From the NCBI RefSeq assembly GCF_009914755.1, contig NC_060935.1: 64,000 nucleotides of DNA, one strand, 5' to 3'. The notes under the pieces were generated by a model. The model was not told the origin of the DNA, ran no database searches, and saw only the letters and a list, made by a program, of their open reading frames with translations. This document shows, one piece after another, positions 60,297-64,000 of this stretch. Source of the DNA: the human T2T-CHM13v2.0 reference genome, Homo sapiens. The position numbers were made by a program, and so were the translations under genes. Each line of letters begins with the position of its first letter. The first letter of the stretch is position 1.

Positions 60297-61259
60297 TCAA
60301 ATGCTCCTGTCACAGCCTGGGTCTTGAGACATGATTTTGGTGATGGCTGCCTTTACATCCCTGTTTCTCAGCGTGTAAATGAGGGGGTTGAGAATTGGTG
60401 TGAGAATGGCATATACCACATTGCCCATGATATGGAAGTCAAGGGGCAGGTCAGCCCTGTAGGCCACGTAGGCTATGGCAATAGATGAGTAGTAGGTGCC
60501 CACGACCAGAAGGTGGGAGCTGCAGGTGGAGAAGGCTTTTGCCCGTCCTTCTAGGGAACTGATGCGAAGCACTGAGGCCAGGATGTGGACATAGGAGAGA
60601 AGCACCAGGAGAAGGGGGAGGAAGGACACCACCATGGCGATGCAGAAGCCCATGAGGGTCTGGGGGGTGGTGTCAGAGCAGGAGGCCTGGACCACAGCCA
60701 GATGATCACAGAAGCAGTGGTAGATGTAGGCAATGCTGTTATATGCCATCTGGGAGGTCCTTACTACTGCTGGGATGGGCAGGAGGAGGGCAGTTAGCCA
60801 GGCACTGGCTGCCAAGGTAGCATTGGTCTGTGGGTTCATGAGGACAGGGTAGTGCAGTGGGTGGCAGATAGCCACATAGCGGTCATAGGCCATGACCACC
60901 AGGATGAAGGCTTCTGAACATGTAAAACTTTGGAAGAGGTACATCTGCAGTAAGCAGGAAGAAAAGCTGAGGAAGCGGTCCCCAAGCAAGAATAAGGACA
61001 GCATCTTGGGGACAGTGGTTGTGGTGAAAAGGATGTCCAAGGTGGAGAGATTGATCAGAAAGAAGTACATGGGCTTGTGGAGGCTGGGCTCTGCCACCAC
61101 GGCCACCAGGATCAGGGCATTACCCATCAGGATGAGAAGGTAGAAGAGGAGGAAAATAAAAAACACAGGGAGGAAGAAGGTCTCTGGCAGAGAGGGGATG
61201 CCCAATAGATAGAAGACGGGTGAGCCATCCACTGATTCATTACAGGCTGTGGCATCCAT
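60297..61259 (-). CDS. OR2AT4: Olfactory receptor 2AT4 (320 aa, single coding exon)
   Basis: Intact ORF MDATACNESVDGSPVFYLLGIPSLP...QDPGCDRSI with N-glycosylation site NES and the motifs LHKPMYFFL, MAYDRYVAICHPLHY, KAFSTCSSHL and PILNPLIYTLRN. I recognise this as human OR2AT4, the Sandalore-responsive OR reported in keratinocytes. Confidence 0.97.
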   Translation of the reverse strand: MDATACNESVDGSPVFYLLGIPSLPETFFLPVFFIFLLFYLLILMGNALILVAVVAEPSLHKPMYFFLINLSTLDILFTTTTVPKMLSLFLLGDRFLSFSSCLLQMYLFQSFTCSEAFILVVMAYDRYVAICHPLHYPVLMNPQTNATLAASAWLTALLLPIPAVVRTSQMAYNSIAYIYHCFCDHLAVVQASCSDTTPQTLMGFCIAMVVSFLPLLLVLLSYVHILASVLRISSLEGRAKAFSTCSSHLLVVGTYYSSIAIAYVAYRADLPLDFHIMGNVVYAILTPILNPLIYTLRNRDVKAAITKIMSQDPGCDRSI

Positions 61260-61320
61260 TGTGAGACACAGCTGGATTTCTCAGAGATGGGCAGCTGGAA
61301 CATCTAGACATTGGAAACAT

Positions 61321-61345
61321 CTGGAAACCATAGAAACAAAGGATT
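61321..61345 (-). promoter_or_regulatory. Putative splice acceptor of the OR2AT4 coding exon
   Basis: Minus strand cctttgtttctatggtttccag|atg: pyrimidine tract plus CAG, 61 nt upstream of the ATG and conserved in the paralogue. Confidence 0.6.
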
Positions 61346-61904
61346 CTGGAGTGATAATGCTATAATGTTTACTCTGTAGGTAATATAAGCAGAATTATTT
61401 ACAACCAACTGTAGAGGACTGATGAGGGGCTATGGTATTGACTTTTGCCATGTGAACGCAAAATTTGTCAAATATTGATTATTAATTAATTAATAACCAA
61501 CCAAATAGAAGTCTGTATGCTTTGTTTAGGTGATGAAGTGATCAAATTGAAGAAGGCAGGCAAAGTTCCTGTCTTCCCAGAGTTTATATTTTACTGGGAA
61601 AATCAGATCTAAACAGTTGATTGTTGAATTATAATTGTGAAAGTGCTTTGGAAAGGCTTCTTCTGGTCTTCATCTTAGTTTCCATGCTGTGTGGTTTAAG
61701 TTGATGTCAGATCTCATAAATCAAGTCCTTAAGCTCATGTCTCTACTTTTGTACTCACTCAAAGTTCCATCATGTTCCATTGAGGGGCTTCTTTCTCCAA
61801 GGCTGTGTGTACTATGCAGCTGCTCACACTCTTATTAAGTTTCTTTCTTGTATGCCTTGACTAGTGGTTCTTTCTGACTCCATTTAAGCTAGGTGTCTGG
61901 ACTT

Positions 61905-64000
61905 CTGCTCCTGTATTGGATATAATAGACCATGATAGCCCAACACTTTCACTGCAATGATTAGGGAAACCTGGATAAATTACACAAATCACATTTTTAA
62001 ACAAATTGAGGAATATGGGTGCCATAAGGATGAGATGAAGGCAAACTCCAATGGGTGGGGACCCTCCAAAGTTAACTAATAATCACCAGCTCTTTTGTTC
62101 TCTGGGAATATTTGATTTGGGGACCATGATGTGGCTTAGACTTGGACCAGGCAGAGAGTCATAGATGAGAGAAAGAGAAACCAGTAAGACTTGTGATAGT
62201 CAAAAAAGGCTTACAAAACATACTGGAAATTTGAGGCACTCTAAATGCATAACAAGTTTTCCCTGTGGGACATCTTCTGAATTCTGGCTATGCAAGGGAG
62301 GCTAGAAAGCTGTGCTGAGGGCCTCTAAAAGACAAAACAAAATCTCCCATGATCCCATGATGCTTAAGAGAATAGAGGAAGAGGGATTTCCTCACACACA
62401 CACTGGTATTTCCTCTCAAAACATTTTACAAAGATTTGAAGCTATGTGTGTATGTAGTGGGCGGGGGGAAAGGAGGGATGGGGAATGCGGCTAACGAATT
62501 AAGCTCCAAACCACCAAAGGGTAGATGCAAATCTCCCACACTCCTTCCGGGGTGAGGAGATAAGGATCAACCAGACTATCAGCCCACAACTCAGGAGGGT
62601 CATACCTTAAGAACAAGAACAAACCAAAGTTGGACTAAATTTTACTAGAACTGAAACTCAGCCCTAACCTAACTCAAGCCTTAACTGGCTTTAGGTAGCC
62701 AGCCTACCTTACTCTACCTGCCTAACAAAGAGAAGGGAGGAATCTGTCTGATGAGAGACATCATCTGGGGCCTCTGTGAATCTAATATAAATAATATTCG
62801 GTGCACAACACGAATTATTGCAAAAGGCAGGAAAATGTGACCAACAATCAAGAGGGAAAATACACAATAAAAGTTGACATACAGATGATCCCATTACCTG
62901 AGTTAGCAAACAAGGACTCTAGTATAACTATGTTTATATATTAAAGAAAATAGAGGAAATGTTGACAAAATGGATTTTAAAATGGGCAATTTCAATAGAA
63001 AATTGGAATCTATTTTAAAAAGAACCAAGCAAATATTCTAGAACAGAAATATCCAATATTTGAAATTAAGAACTCACTGGATAGGTATAATAGCAAACTG
63101 GACACAATAGAAGACAGGATTAGAGACCTGCAAAATAGATCAGTAGAAAATGTCTAAAATTAAGCCCAGAGATAGAAGAGTATATCTTCTGTATACTTAT
63201 TTGATATTTGATACGGTATGACTTAATTGATATTAAGTGACAGGCAAAACTAATCTATGATATTATAAATCAGTACAGTGATTGTCTATGGGTGTGAGGA
63301 CTGACAAGAAGCAGGCAAGAGCATACTTTCTGGGGTGATAGAAATGTTCTATGTATTGAGTTGAGTTTTGGTTACATGTATGTTTACGAAAGTTTATTGA
63401 ATTGTATACATAAGATCTGCTCATTATCTTCTGAGTAAATTTTACTTCGCTCAAAAAAGACAATAATAAATACAATACAAAGAGAATAAGAAAAGGCAGG
63501 AACCAGACTAGGAGAAGATATTTTCCTATTTTCAATACATTTATCAAAGGCCATGTATCCAGTATATATAAAAACCTTGACAAGTAAGAAAAAGACAGAT
63601 GACCTAATGGACAAATGGGTGAAAGACTTGAATAGGTGGGCACTTTACAAAAGAGAACATCCAAATGGCCAATAAGCATATGAAAAAATTAGCCATCTAG
63701 AGATGTAAATTAAAATACAGGATGTTAATAATACATACTCACTAAAATGGCTAAACTTAAAAGGACCGCAAGTGTTGGTAAGATATGTAGTAACTGGTAC
63801 CTTCATACATTGATGGTAACTAGTACAACCACTTCGGATAACAGTGTGGCAACATCTTCTTAAACTTATGACTTAGCAATTTCACATCAGGATATATAAC
63901 CAAGAGGTAAGACAAGGTATTCAGCTATTTTTGTTTGTTCATTTGTTTAAGGTACTCACGTGCAATAAAGCCCAAAAATATTTGGGATAGATAATATATA
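61905..64000 (+). mobile_element. Old L1M 5'/ORF1 and 3' fragments
   Basis: L1M ORF1-like (aatatttgaaattaagaactcactggatagg) and 3' UTR (ggggtgatagaaatgttctatgtattga) motifs. Confidence 0.6.

Overview
Primate (almost certainly human) genomic DNA, mostly made of transposable elements. It holds one intact protein-coding gene, the olfactory receptor OR2AT4 (60297-61259, minus strand). It also holds a paralogous OR pseudogene (probably OR2AT2P, 42673-43637) broken by a single 1-bp deletion, and a processed NPM1 pseudogene lying between the two ORs. If the recognition is right, this is 11q13.4; that placement is from memory and is not computed. The left half carries a 7.2-kb LTR2/Harlequin-type (HERV-E-related) mosaic provirus with two LTRs, a tRNA-Glu PBS, a PPT and a 4-bp TSD. 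The provirus and three solo LTRs are nested inside one L1PB. The rest comprises many Alus, L1, L2, MIR and MaLR copies, an ERVL remnant and two Tigger-class DNA transposons. The most unusual object is a 305-bp fold-back element at 8999-9303. It is built from two LTR13-like U3 ends joined head to head, has TG...CA termini and a perfect 6-bp TSD, and looks like an integrase-inserted MITE-like palindrome. Other oddities are two locally templated insertions, a poly(A)-only TPRT scar and a position-conserved overlapping uORF in both OR paralogues. Repeat subfamily names come from recalled consensus sequences and need RepeatMasker/Dfam confirmation. I saw no rRNA, tRNA or CRISPR features.
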